Source: a virus
IMG/VR virus record: IMGVR_UViG_3300028800_000076
Coordinates: 1 to 64,000 of that record
Strand: one strand, 5' to 3'
Length of the DNA: 64,000 nucleotides
Below the pieces are notes generated by a model. It had not been told where the DNA came from. It did no database searches and was given only the letters and a program-made list of their open reading frames with translations. Both the position numbers and the translations under genes were made by a program. Of this stretch, positions 29,409-39,010 are shown piece after piece. How positions within the stretch are numbered: the stretch's first letter is position 1; each line of letters starts with the position of its first letter.

Positions 29409-29632
29409 TCACGCGATTCCATCCGGACTTTGAGAGGCAGAGACAGGCACGCCGTAATGGCCTTGTGCATGCCGATCTCAGCCGTTTTATGATCAGTGGG
29501 GCCGGGATAGCCTGGGTTATGCTTCTTCTGAAAAGCAATAACCCGGTCTACATCCTTCGACATGAGGACTTCATCGCGCTCCTTCGTGAAGGCCGCGATG
29601 GCTTCCTCAAGGTCGATCTGCTTCTCGGTCAT
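29345..29632 (-). CDS. hypothetical protein
   Basis: Coupled ORF. Confidence 0.55.
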   Translation of the reverse strand: MTEKQIDLEEAIAAFTKERDEVLMSKDVDRVIAFQKKHNPGYPGPTDHKTAEIGMHKAITACLSLPLKVRMESREWLKQKGFRSLDSGTLPDELH

Positions 29633-30237
29633 TACTGCTTCAGCTTCTGTTTCTCTTCGTCTGTGAAGGCCATCGCCTGACCAGTCGCACCATAGGTGCC
29701 GCGCTTGCTGGCCATAGTCGATAGGGTTGCTCCATAATTTCGCACGGAGGACTGCACAGTGCTGGCAGCAAGGTTGCCGTAGCTTGCGGCTTGCCCCGCA
29801 TTATCGAAGTTTGCGCCCAGGAAGATCACCTGCCAGTTCTTGGCGCGGCATGCATCGAGCAGCTTCTTCGCCTGCTCCACCGAGAGTTCGCGACTGTTAT
29901 TCTCGTGGCCATCCGTCATGATGATAATGGCCACCTTGTCGTAGCCGCCTGCGTTGGCGAGGGCGACGATCTTGCCGGTGGCGTCATTCAGCGGGGTCAT
30001 ACCGCGAGGCGGGGCCTCGGTCGGATCGACTGCTTTCCAGGTTTGCGGCGTGATGCGGTCCCGCAGAATCTGGAAGTCCAGTTTCCCGCTTTCGCTATCA
30101 AAGACGGCCAGCGTCACGCCGGTATCCACTTTGTCTTCGGCCAGCTTCTTGACGTAGGTATTCACCGAGTTGATGGCCTCAGTCCACTGAGCTTCCATGG
30201 AGCCTGAGCGGTCGAGAAGGATGAAATCATGTTGCAT
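29632..30237 (-). CDS. vWA domain protein
   Basis: ILLDRSGSM, PRGMTPL.DA, IMTDG.EN.S, FLGAN. Confidence 0.9.
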   Translation of the reverse strand: MQHDFILLDRSGSMEAQWTEAINSVNTYVKKLAEDKVDTGVTLAVFDSESGKLDFQILRDRITPQTWKAVDPTEAPPRGMTPLNDATGKIVALANAGGYDKVAIIIMTDGHENNSRELSVEQAKKLLDACRAKNWQVIFLGANFDNAGQAASYGNLAASTVQSSVRNYGATLSTMASKRGTYGATGQAMAFTDEEKQKLKQ

Positions 30238-30238
30238 T

Positions 30239-30433
30239 TTACTTTGCTCCTTTTGAGCGTTTGGTCGTGGTGACCGGAATGGTTTCCTTGATGTGCCGCA
30301 GCAACTCGAAGGTGAGTTGGCACAACATCAGGATGGTATGGGCATCCGGGCTGTAACCCCCAAGGCCCTGCCGGGTGGATATCTCCTTGTGCAGGATCAG
30401 TTCGTAGCGTTCGCAGTCCTCGCGTGACAGCAC
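30239..30433 (-). CDS. hypothetical protein
   Basis: Packed ORF. Confidence 0.5.
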   Translation of the reverse strand: MLSREDCERYELILHKEISTRQGLGGYSPDAHTILMLCQLTFELLRHIKETIPVTTTKRSKGAK

Positions 30434-30786
30434 TAGGCCTTCTCCATCGGATGCTCGCGCTGCATGTCAATGGCGCGCTGGAACCAGCTTACGACGGTCT
30501 GCTGGTCGGTGAGATTATTATGATTCACAATATCCCAACGGGGATCATGACTGCCCTTTAATCCCTGTGGGACGGCGGCATGAAGCGCAAGAATATGTGG
30601 GTCGCATAATTCTAGGTTGTTGGCCCCAAGAATTCCTCTCACGGCATCCAAAGCACCCAGGGCACAGTGAGCATACCCACCCTCTTTACGAGGGGTTTTC
30701 CGAACATGCTTTGCGTAACCGCCCGGGCGCGCGATCAGGTCTCGCGCCTTCTCCAAATTCTCCACCACTCTCGTCACATCAACCAT
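30433..30786 (-). CDS. DUF6197-like protein (similar to 2844-3251)
   Basis: L.KA..LI...CALGAL...N...V..WF.RAI. Confidence 0.55.
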   Translation of the reverse strand: MVDVTRVVENLEKARDLIARPGGYAKHVRKTPRKEGGYAHCALGALDAVRGILGANNLELCDPHILALHAAVPQGLKGSHDPRWDIVNHNNLTDQQTVVSWFQRAIDMQREHPMEKA

Positions 30787-30853
30787 GATCTTCCTCCAGT
30801 TTCAGTAGTTGCTTGGCCAGCGACTGCACTTCGGCTTGTCGATGGTTCGGTAC

Positions 30854-31105
30854 TCAAGACGCTGCATTAGAATACCTCTTATAGGTATGCCAGTTCATGC
30901 GGATGCAAACCAGATTTGCGGCCGCAAGGCCCAGATTGATGATGCCCAGCACCTCGGTGAATGCTCCCATATGCAGCGGGCCAAGGCAGAGATACGCCAC
31001 ATAAAAGCAGAAGGCTGCTACCAAAAAGTGCAGCACCATCAATACTATGGCCATGTTTCTAAGGGACACGACGAGCCTCCACGCTCGGTTGATGTGGCCC
31101 ATCAT
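30854..31105 (-). CDS. small membrane protein
   Basis: Two hydrophobic segments. Confidence 0.45.
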   Translation of the reverse strand: MMGHINRAWRLVVSLRNMAIVLMVLHFLVAAFCFYVAYLCLGPLHMGAFTEVLGIINLGLAAANLVCIRMNWHTYKRYSNAAS

Positions 31106-31134
31106 GTGTCACTTGGAATGCAGTTGTCAAGCGC

Positions 31135-31151
31135 AAACCCAAACTGGGTTA
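31135..31151. promoter_or_regulatory. operator palindrome between the divergent arms
   Basis: AACCCA-AAC-TGGGTT. Confidence 0.6.
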
Positions 31152-31203
31152 ATTGCTCTTATATGTCAGGGGCTTGACGGGAGGCTAAGGCTGAGGCACA
31201 AAA

Positions 31204-31560
31204 GGGAGCCCCCGCGAGGCGCAAACCTCCGGGGGCGTGATCGGTGGATATCTTGCTTGGGCAGCAGGGACCGATGGGTAGTAAATACCCTTCCTAGGTC
31301 CTCCACGCAAGCCCCAAGCCGCCAATCACACAGTCCAACAGACGGGCTGCGTGCCTCCGTGAACAGAGCGGGGAGCCAGCGAGGGACAAGCCTACCAGCA
31401 CAAATAGGATGCCTTGAAACAGAGGCAGGTGATTCGGGCCGATGGTTGGACCCGATGAGCTACCGTCAGATGAAGCAGCGGAAGGACCGACAGGCTGACC
31501 CCGGCCCATAATCTCCGCTCAACCATGAAAGCCTGCGCGCCGTGGCTCCATCAGTCATGA
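31204..31560 (+). ncRNA. candidate structured RNA or leader upstream of terL
   Basis: Nested and tandem stems in ~350 nt after TTGACG (31174). Confidence 0.35.
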
Positions 31561-31635
31561 CCGGCTACTTCGGCCAGGGATGGTCGAAGTCTGCCCCGCC
31601 TTCCGTTCACCGCTCAGTCATGTACTATCTTATTC

Positions 31636-33285
31636 ATGAACCAAGCCCTTCTCCTCGCAGCCGCAGCCAAGAAATACAGGGAACTGGCTGAGCGAGAGCA
31701 GTGTGAAGATGATCTCTACAAGTTCCTTCAGGCAGGCTGGAAGTACATTGACCCCGCCCCTTTTGTCGGCGGCTGGCATCTGGAGGCCATCGCAGAGCAC
31801 CTGGAGGCGGTCACCAGGGGCCAGATCAAGCGGTTGCTGATCAACGTGCCGCCCCGCTCCTCCAAAAGCTCCCTGTGCTCTGTGGCATGGCCAGCCTGGA
31901 CCTGGGCGCAGTCAGTGCAGGGTCCTTGCTCAGGCCCTCACGTCCAGTTCCTCAGCGCGTCCTATGCGCAGACCCTGGCATTGCGTGATTCGGTCAAGAA
32001 CCGCCGCCTGATCGAATCGCCATGGTTCAAGAAAATCTGGGGCGAGCGATTCCAGATGACCTCGGACGTGAACACCAAGGGCCGATTCGAGAACAACAAG
32101 GGCGGGTACAGACTCGCAACGTCTGTAGACGGGGCCCTAACTGGGGAAGGCGGACAGGTCATTTTAGTGGATGACGCCCATAATGCCACCGAGATCGAAT
32201 CAGACTTGGTGCGCGAATCCACCATCATGTGGTGGGACGAGGCCATGAGCACCCGCCTCAATGATCCGGCCACAGGTGCCTTTGTGGTGATCATGCAAAG
32301 GCTTCACCAGGAAGACTTAACGGGCCACATCAAGGACAAGGACCCCAACAACGACTGGACGTGGCTGATGCTGCCCATGGAGCACGACCGCTCCAGGCAC
32401 TGCATCACCTACGCCAAGAATGAATACGGCGAGAAAGAACAACTCTGGGAGGACCCTCGCGAGGAGGAAGACGAGCTTCTGTGCCCCACCCGCTTTCCCC
32501 GCGAGCAGGTGGACCGCCTCAAGGCCCAGCTAGGCCCCTTCGCAGCGGCGGGCCAACTTCAGCAGAGCCCCACGCCCAGAGGCGGCGGTATCATCAAGGA
32601 GGAGTGGTGGCAGGACTGGGAGGAGGATTCCTACCCGGTATTTGAGTACCTCATTGCCTCTGTGGATACGGCCTACACCGAGAAAGAGGAAAACGATCCC
32701 AGCGCGCTGACCATCTGGGGCGTCTTTCGCGAATACCGCACCGGCAACATGAAGATCATGCTGGTCTGGGCCTGGGAGGGCAGATTCGAGCTACACGACC
32801 TCGTGGAGGAAATCCTAACCACTTGTACGGTCAGTCCTATTTCCAATACACGCCAGGAGAAGCACGCAGGCAGGCCACGCTTTCCGGTCCATCTTTTATT
32901 GGTGGAATCCAAGGCTTCGGGATTGTCGGTGGGGCAAGAACTCTACCGGCTCATTGCGGGCAATGCGCCCTTCAACATCCAATTCCCCAACCTCAATAAG
33001 GGCCGATACACCCAGGACAAGGTGGCCCGGCTTTATTCGGTCCAGCATATCTTTGCGGACAAGATGGTCTACGCCCCACTGGGTAGAACCTTTGTGGACA
33101 AGGTGATCGATCAGGTCTCGGCCTTCCCCAAGGTCTCCCACGACGACTTGGTGGATACGGTCTCCCAGGCGCTCAAGTACCTCCGAGACACCGGCATCTT
33201 GGTGCGTCGGGACGAGCAGGCACTAGATTTAGATAGGGAAATGGCTTACCGTCCCAAGCAATTACCATTGTACCCAACCGGCTAG
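31636..33285 (+). CDS. terL: terminase large subunit
   Basis: RLLINVPPRSSKS, TGEGG..ILVDD, IMQRLH..DL.G, GQLQQ.P, SVDTA, ESKASG, HDD.VD. Confidence 0.96.
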   Translation: MNQALLLAAAAKKYRELAEREQCEDDLYKFLQAGWKYIDPAPFVGGWHLEAIAEHLEAVTRGQIKRLLINVPPRSSKSSLCSVAWPAWTWAQSVQGPCSGPHVQFLSASYAQTLALRDSVKNRRLIESPWFKKIWGERFQMTSDVNTKGRFENNKGGYRLATSVDGALTGEGGQVILVDDAHNATEIESDLVRESTIMWWDEAMSTRLNDPATGAFVVIMQRLHQEDLTGHIKDKDPNNDWTWLMLPMEHDRSRHCITYAKNEYGEKEQLWEDPREEEDELLCPTRFPREQVDRLKAQLGPFAAAGQLQQSPTPRGGGIIKEEWWQDWEEDSYPVFEYLIASVDTAYTEKEENDPSALTIWGVFREYRTGNMKIMLVWAWEGRFELHDLVEEILTTCTVSPISNTRQEKHAGRPRFPVHLLLVESKASGLSVGQELYRLIAGNAPFNIQFPNLNKGRYTQDKVARLYSVQHIFADKMVYAPLGRTFVDKVIDQVSAFPKVSHDDLVDTVSQALKYLRDTGILVRRDEQALDLDREMAYRPKQLPLYPTG

Positions 33286-33288
33286 GGC

Positions 33289-33510
33289 ATGGGCCAAGGC
33301 GCACAGCACGAATTCGAGGTTGTGACTGACTACTGCATCCGATGCGGATGCTCCCGCATCGATGACGTTCAGGGCTTCCGGCATCACTGTGATGAGGTGG
33401 GGAATGTGGTGGGGATTTCGCATCTGGTCTTGCTGAAAAGGTGGAGGAAGCCACTCGATGAAATCTGCAAAGAACTCAGCGAGCATTCTAGCGCCGCCAA
33501 ATCCGGCTAA
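33289..33510 (+). CDS. hypothetical Cys/His protein
   Basis: HEF...CIRCG. Confidence 0.45.
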   Translation: MGQGAQHEFEVVTDYCIRCGCSRIDDVQGFRHHCDEVGNVVGISHLVLLKRWRKPLDEICKELSEHSSAAKSG

Positions 33511-33742
33511 CATCGATATGTTACGCAAGATTGTGGAGGACCTTTCCCCGCAAGCCCTTCCCGAAGGCGCAGCCCTGTTCTGGAGCCCCGATGGTGGCTT
33601 TCAGCTTCATGTGCCGGAGCCCCCAGCAGGCGAGAGTATCCCGATGCCAGCCTACATTATGGGGCTCTGCTTTGTCCGCCTGACGACTGACCCGTATTTC
33701 AAGCAAGAAATGATGAACTGGGCCAACCGGAACCAGAATTAA
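33458..33742 (+). CDS. hypothetical protein
   Basis: GGAGG SD, coupled ORF. Confidence 0.55.
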   Translation: MKSAKNSASILAPPNPANIDMLRKIVEDLSPQALPEGAALFWSPDGGFQLHVPEPPAGESIPMPAYIMGLCFVRLTTDPYFKQEMMNWANRNQN

Positions 33743-33867
33743 TGGACCACGCAATCACATTGGGTGATGTTCTGGTGGTTCTGGCCGTGTTTGTCGGCGT
33801 TCTGGGCGCGCTCGGTCTTCTGGTTCTTGTGATCAGCCTTACGAATCCATTCAGGAGCGGCCATTAA
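33742..33867 (+). CDS. 41-aa single-TM protein
   Basis: TAATG overlaps at both ends; MDHAITLGDVLVVLAVFVGVLGALGLLVLVISL. Confidence 0.55.
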   Translation: MDHAITLGDVLVVLAVFVGVLGALGLLVLVISLTNPFRSGH

Positions 33868-36539
33868 TGGCGCGCAGGCCCTCCGCACTGAAGCTGGTCC
33901 AGCCGGAAAACGCCCTTCCGGGCCCCGCCAGCGTTGACGTGCCCCCGCAGGGGCCTGATTCGCCTGTTTCGGTCAAAGATGGCGTCCTTTCCATCGAACA
34001 TCCGGACGGTGCGGTCACCATCGACTTCAATCCGGACCTCTCGAACCCAGACAAGAAGATTTCAGGCGACTTTTACGCCAATTTGGCGGGCGAAATAGAC
34101 GAAGGGACGCTGGAAACCATCGCTGCTGATCTCCTGGAGGGCTTCGACCGCGATGTGCAGTCCCGCAAGGAGTGGCTGGACACCCGGGCACGCGGAATCC
34201 AGCTTTTGGGTCTCAAACTGAATGACCCTAAGTCTGCCCCGGTCGATGGAACGGCCTCAATGGAGGGCACGTCCCAGGTTACGCACCCCCTGCTGCTGGA
34301 ATCCACCATCCGCTTCCAGGCCACCGCCCGTGGCGAGCTTTTGCCTGCCTCAGGGCCGGTCAAGGTGCGCAACGACGCGGTGCCGAACCCGAAGCCTGCC
34401 CCGCCGATGCCGCCCGTGGCCCTGCCGCCGCCGTCCCAGGAGAACAATCTGGGCATGGTGCCGGACGGCATGCCTGCTCCAGGCTCACCTGGGGCTGCAC
34501 CTCCCGCACCGTCTCCAGGGCCGCCACAGGGCATGCCAGGGCCCGCAGGAGGCGCTCCTGGGGCTCCGCCGCTGCCTGCCCCGCCCCCGCCTCCTCCTGA
34601 GGATCAGCCGATCAGTGACGACGATCTGGCGGGTGCCCTCGAAAAGGATATGAACCACTACCTGACGGTGACGGCGAAGGAATACATCCCCGACACCGAC
34701 AGAATGCTGTTCTACATCGGCTTTGGCGGTGACGGCTTCAAGAAGGTCTTTAATTGTCCCCTGAGGCAGCGCCCGGTCTCGGAGAGCGTAGACGCCGAGG
34801 ACCTGATTGTATCCAACGCTGCGACTGCGCTGGCCAATTGTGGGCGCATCACGCATCGCATCCGGATGCGCAAATCCATCCTCAAGCGCATGCAGATTAT
34901 CGGCGCGTACCGGGATGTGGAGCTTAATACCCCCTCCCCGCCGCAGCCGACCCCCGTAGACGTAAAGAAGGCTGAGATCGCAGGCGAGAATGTCAACGTC
35001 CAACGCCCCCAGGATCGCGACTACGAGATTCTGGAAATCTACTGCGAGCTTGATCTGGACGACTTCGCGCCCAAGCACCTCAGGAAAGAGGGCCTGCCGC
35101 TGCCCTATCGGGTGACCATCGAGAGGCAATCCAGGCAGGTACTCTCGGTTATCAGAAACTGGAACGAAGACGACAAACAGGCCCTGCCCAAGCAGTTCTT
35201 TGTGCAGTTTCCCTTTGTACGTGGCCTTGGCTTTTATGGCCTGGGCTTCATCCACATTCTGGGCAACACCACTATTGCGCTTACGGCTTTGTGGCGCGAA
35301 ATCATCGATGCCGGAATGTTCGCCAACTTCCCGGGCTTCCTCTATCTCAAAGCGCTGGGCAGGCAGCTAACCAATCAATTCCGGGTGCCTCCTGGCGGCG
35401 GCGTGGGTCTCGATGGAGGTCCCGGCCAAGACATCCGCTCCATGGTGATGGCGCTCCCCTACAAGGAACCCGGCGCGGCCATCACATCCTTTACCTCGCA
35501 CATCGAGGAGGTGGGCCAGCGTCTAGGCATGACCGGCCAGACGGAGGTGGGCGAGGGCAAGCAGGATGCTCCAGTTGGCACCACGCTGGCCCTGATCGAG
35601 CAGGCCACCAAGATCATGGACTCGGCCCACAAGCGGCTTCATGCCGCCCAGGCCGAAGAATTCCAGTTGCTCAAGGAGCGCTTCAAGGAAGACCCAGAAG
35701 CGCTGTGGCGGCACAACAAGCGCCCCACATTGCCCTGGAAAAAGGAGATGCTCTTAAGTGCCCTGGAGAACCATGATCTGGTTCCGGTGGCCGATCCGAA
35801 CAATCCCACGTCGCTGCATCGTGTGGCCAAGGCGCAGGCCCTCCAGCAGCTTCAGCAGACCTATCCGAACCTCTACAATCCGCTGGCGATCAACCAGCGC
35901 ATTCTGCGCACGGTGGATATCGACCCAGAGGGCCTCTTCAACGAGACGCCGACTCCGGATAAGCCAGACCCGAGACTGGTTGCGATCCAGGAGAAGGCTA
36001 AGGCATCGCAGATGCAGGCCCAGTTGGGTGCGATGCAGGCCCAGTTGCAGCAGACTGTAGAGACCATGAAGGTCCAGAATGCCCAGCAGGACCGCGAATC
36101 ACGCGAGCGCATTGCTGCGGCCAAGCAGCGCCTGGAAGAAACCCGGCTGGTGATCGAGCAAATCAAAGACTCGGATCAGTGGAATATGGAAAACGCTCAG
36201 CGCATCCAGGAAATGTACCACAAGGAAATGGCGCAAGCGGCTGACCTGGAGAATGAGCGCCGCCGCATGGTCATGGATGGCGCGCAGAAGCACCAGGAGC
36301 TTCAGCAGCAGGGCGTGGAGAAGGCCGTTGAGATACATCACGATAACATTGCCGCCACGCATGAGCATGAGCGAGCTAAGCAGCAGCATTCTGCCGATAT
36401 GGACATGGCCCAGCAAAAGCACGAGCAGGCCATGGAGCATCAGCGCCAGCTTCACGAACAAAAGCTGGAGCAAGCCAAAGCCCTTGCGGCTCAGGCAAAA
36501 GCAGCTAAACCTAGCAAACCCACAAAGGGGAAAAGCTAA
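33867..36539 (+). CDS. portal protein (long, podovirus-type)
   Basis: Position after terL; FYANLA, SR.EW, HPLL.E...FQA, G.GFYG.G, LPYKEP, APVGTTLAL.E; C-terminal coiled coil. Confidence 0.9.
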   Translation: MARRPSALKLVQPENALPGPASVDVPPQGPDSPVSVKDGVLSIEHPDGAVTIDFNPDLSNPDKKISGDFYANLAGEIDEGTLETIAADLLEGFDRDVQSRKEWLDTRARGIQLLGLKLNDPKSAPVDGTASMEGTSQVTHPLLLESTIRFQATARGELLPASGPVKVRNDAVPNPKPAPPMPPVALPPPSQENNLGMVPDGMPAPGSPGAAPPAPSPGPPQGMPGPAGGAPGAPPLPAPPPPPPEDQPISDDDLAGALEKDMNHYLTVTAKEYIPDTDRMLFYIGFGGDGFKKVFNCPLRQRPVSESVDAEDLIVSNAATALANCGRITHRIRMRKSILKRMQIIGAYRDVELNTPSPPQPTPVDVKKAEIAGENVNVQRPQDRDYEILEIYCELDLDDFAPKHLRKEGLPLPYRVTIERQSRQVLSVIRNWNEDDKQALPKQFFVQFPFVRGLGFYGLGFIHILGNTTIALTALWREIIDAGMFANFPGFLYLKALGRQLTNQFRVPPGGGVGLDGGPGQDIRSMVMALPYKEPGAAITSFTSHIEEVGQRLGMTGQTEVGEGKQDAPVGTTLALIEQATKIMDSAHKRLHAAQAEEFQLLKERFKEDPEALWRHNKRPTLPWKKEMLLSALENHDLVPVADPNNPTSLHRVAKAQALQQLQQTYPNLYNPLAINQRILRTVDIDPEGLFNETPTPDKPDPRLVAIQEKAKASQMQAQLGAMQAQLQQTVETMKVQNAQQDRESRERIAAAKQRLEETRLVIEQIKDSDQWNMENAQRIQEMYHKEMAQAADLENERRRMVMDGAQKHQELQQQGVEKAVEIHHDNIAATHEHERAKQQHSADMDMAQQKHEQAMEHQRQLHEQKLEQAKALAAQAKAAKPSKPTKGKS

Positions 36540-36745
36540 TGGCCCAAACCAAAGAGCTTACCAAAGGTCTTGTTGACGAGACGGCAGCCACACCTGCCCA
36601 GGAACAGAAGCCACAGGCCTATTGTGATCGACAGGGCCCCGGCTACGACAACGATGTCTCGCTCAAAAGCTGGCTCCGCAATGGGGATGCTACGACCAAG
36701 CCCGGCTTCGATCACACAGGCAAAGGCACGAAGGAGAAGGTCTGA
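36539..36745 (+). CDS. hypothetical protein
   Basis: Coupled ORF. Confidence 0.55.
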   Translation: MAQTKELTKGLVDETAATPAQEQKPQAYCDRQGPGYDNDVSLKSWLRNGDATTKPGFDHTGKGTKEKV

Positions 36746-36951
36746 TGGCCCATCCTTATGCCGATAAGATTCCAGGCCGGGCTAAAGCGCAGGCAATGTG
36801 TAAAGCTGACGGTGGTATGGTCGTAGCCACTCAGGCTCCTGTGAATGAGCAATTCCCCGGAGCCTCTACAGACAATCCCATCGATCAGTCTCGAACGCGG
36901 CACTTCCAGCGCCAGCGCAAAGACTATTCGTCTGAACCGAAGGTGGGCTAG
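36745..36951 (+). CDS. small putative virion protein (KADGG)
   Basis: Coupled ORF; MAHPY start. Confidence 0.55.
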   Translation: MAHPYADKIPGRAKAQAMCKADGGMVVATQAPVNEQFPGASTDNPIDQSRTRHFQRQRKDYSSEPKVG

Positions 36952-37401
36952 ATGGCGCACCCCTTCAAAAGCACAGCCAAGAGCGGTTCACGCGGCAAGT
37001 TCAAGGCGCTGACCGGCAAGAAGAGCCGTGCTGAAGGGGATGTGGACGGCTCACATCTTCAGCCAGCCCACAAGCGAATGGCCGACATGGGCATGGTCAA
37101 GGGCGATAAGTCGATGCCCAGGATCGATAAACGGGCCCGTGGTGGCCGCACCAAGTCGAAAATCAACATCAACATCATATCTATGCCTCATGGCGCTGAG
37201 CAGGGGGGTCCTCCTCCACTACCCTCCGCTCCGCCGATGGGGGCAGCCCCCGCCCCGGGTCCTCTCCCGTTCTCGGGCGCGGGGGCACCTCCCATGCCTA
37301 TGCGCAAGCGTGGCGGTCTGGTCAAGATGACGGGCGGCGCTGAAGGCGGCTTAGGCAGGCTCCAAAAAGCTCGCAACGCAAAGAAGATGCGCGGTGGCTA
37401 A
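36952..37401 (+). CDS. basic low-complexity protein with RARGG/RKRGG motifs
   Basis: ORF track. Confidence 0.65.
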   Translation: MAHPFKSTAKSGSRGKFKALTGKKSRAEGDVDGSHLQPAHKRMADMGMVKGDKSMPRIDKRARGGRTKSKININIISMPHGAEQGGPPPLPSAPPMGAAPAPGPLPFSGAGAPPMPMRKRGGLVKMTGGAEGGLGRLQKARNAKKMRGG

Positions 37402-37582
37402 TCATCCGTATCTGCGCAAGGTCCAGGCCAAGCTCGAAAAGGTCCGCCAAGAGCAGACCGCTCGCATGATGGACGGCCAGTGCAGCGACTACGCCACCTA
37501 CCGTGAATACGTCGGTATGGACCGTGCTATAGGCATGGCCATTCTGATGTGCGACGATATTGAAAACGAGGAGAAGCAATAG
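37394..37582 (+). CDS. hypothetical protein
   Basis: G...DY..YR..VG motif before the GroES-like gene. Confidence 0.65.
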   Translation: MANHPYLRKVQAKLEKVRQEQTARMMDGQCSDYATYREYVGMDRAIGMAILMCDDIENEEKQ

Positions 37583-37987
37583 ATGCCGGTGGCATTTGCC
37601 AAGAAGACCGAGGTTATCTCTCAGGCCGAAGACCCTGCTGAAGCCATTCGCAAGGCCATCGGAAACACCAAGGATTTTCAAACCTTGGGCGATTTGGTTC
37701 TGGTTGGCACGTATATTCAGCCAGAACAGCGCAAAAGCGGGCTTTACCTCCCCAAGGAGGCAGTTCGAGAGGACGAATACCAGGGCGTGGTCGGACTGAT
37801 CATCCAGATGGGGCCTGACGCTGAAGCGCACGCCAAAGAGATCAATGGCCCCATTGTGGGCGACTGGGTTGTCTATTCGGTCAATAATGGATGGTCGATG
37901 CACCTGCGGGATACCGCGTGCCGACTGGTGCCCTACGACAAGCTCCGCATGCAAATTTCCAGCCCAAGGCTAATTTACAATGCCTAA
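37583..37987 (+). CDS. GroES/Cpn10-like co-chaperonin
   Basis: KSGLYLP...VGL....GP.A...VGDWVV...CRL..D. Confidence 0.75.
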   Translation: MPVAFAKKTEVISQAEDPAEAIRKAIGNTKDFQTLGDLVLVGTYIQPEQRKSGLYLPKEAVREDEYQGVVGLIIQMGPDAEAHAKEINGPIVGDWVVYSVNNGWSMHLRDTACRLVPYDKLRMQISSPRLIYNA

Positions 37988-39008
37988 ACTCAGAGCCGTT
38001 CGCACCAAGGAAGAAGCTGAGCTTGTGCCCCCGACCGAGTCGGTGGCCATCGATCTTTCGCCCGCCCCCATTCCTGCGGAGAAAGAGCCCGATATCCAGG
38101 TTGCGCCCAAGCAGCCCGAGCAAGTCACTGAGCCCCCGGCCGAAGACAGCATCAAGCTCCTCAAGGAGCAGCTTGAGCAATCCAAGAACGCCGAGAAGGC
38201 CGCCCAAGACGCACTGATTGCGGCCCAGCAGCGCGAGCAATCGCTGGCGCGGGAGCGTGATGAAAGTCGCGCCCACGGCACGACTCTCAAGCAGGAGGCT
38301 GACGAGGCCAAGTATACGGCCGTGGTGAATGCCCTGGGCGGAGCCATCGCAGAAGCAGAGGCTGCCCAGCAGGCCTGGGAGGCTGCTGACATCGCGGCCG
38401 ACTCCAAGAGCAAGGCAGAGGCCCAGCGCAGGCTTACGCGCGCCGAAGCCAATGTGGCGCGCTTTGAGGACGCCAAAGACAACATGGAGGCCCGCCGCGA
38501 GCAGGCCAAACGTGAGCCCCCGCCGCGTCCACAGGCCCCGTCCGATCCGGTCGAGGCTGCACTGGCCACAATGCCAACGCTACCCTCGAACGCCCAGACA
38601 TGGCTGCGGTCTCATCCAGAATACCTGACGGATGTGCCCAAGAACGCCAAGCTCCAGGCGCTGCACTGGGAGGTGGTCCGGGCAGGCCATCCACAATTCT
38701 CACAGGGCTACTTCCAGGACCTGGAAGAGCGCCTGGGGTTGCGCCAGAAGGCCCAGCCCACGCAAGAAGACATTGAAGTCGAGGAGCCACCCGCTCCACA
38801 GCCAAGGAGAACCTCTGTGCCCTCAGCCCCGCCGTCTCGCGATGTCCCGTCTGGCGGGACAGGCCAGCGCAGCAAGACCCGTGTCGAGCTTACCCCGGAA
38901 GAGCGCGAGATCGCGCGCCTCAGCGGGGTAGACGAAGTAACTTACGCCAGAGGCAAGCTCGAACTAGAACGCCGCAAATCCAACGGCCTGTATCAGGAAA
39001 GAAACTAA
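37980..39008 (+). CDS. putative capsid scaffolding protein
   Basis: Coiled coil; C-terminal V.LTPEE.E.A..SG...Y. Confidence 0.65.
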   Translation: MPKLRAVRTKEEAELVPPTESVAIDLSPAPIPAEKEPDIQVAPKQPEQVTEPPAEDSIKLLKEQLEQSKNAEKAAQDALIAAQQREQSLARERDESRAHGTTLKQEADEAKYTAVVNALGGAIAEAEAAQQAWEAADIAADSKSKAEAQRRLTRAEANVARFEDAKDNMEARREQAKREPPPRPQAPSDPVEAALATMPTLPSNAQTWLRSHPEYLTDVPKNAKLQALHWEVVRAGHPQFSQGYFQDLEERLGLRQKAQPTQEDIEVEEPPAPQPRRTSVPSAPPSRDVPSGGTGQRSKTRVELTPEEREIARLSGVDEVTYARGKLELERRKSNGLYQERN

Positions 39009-39010
39009 TC

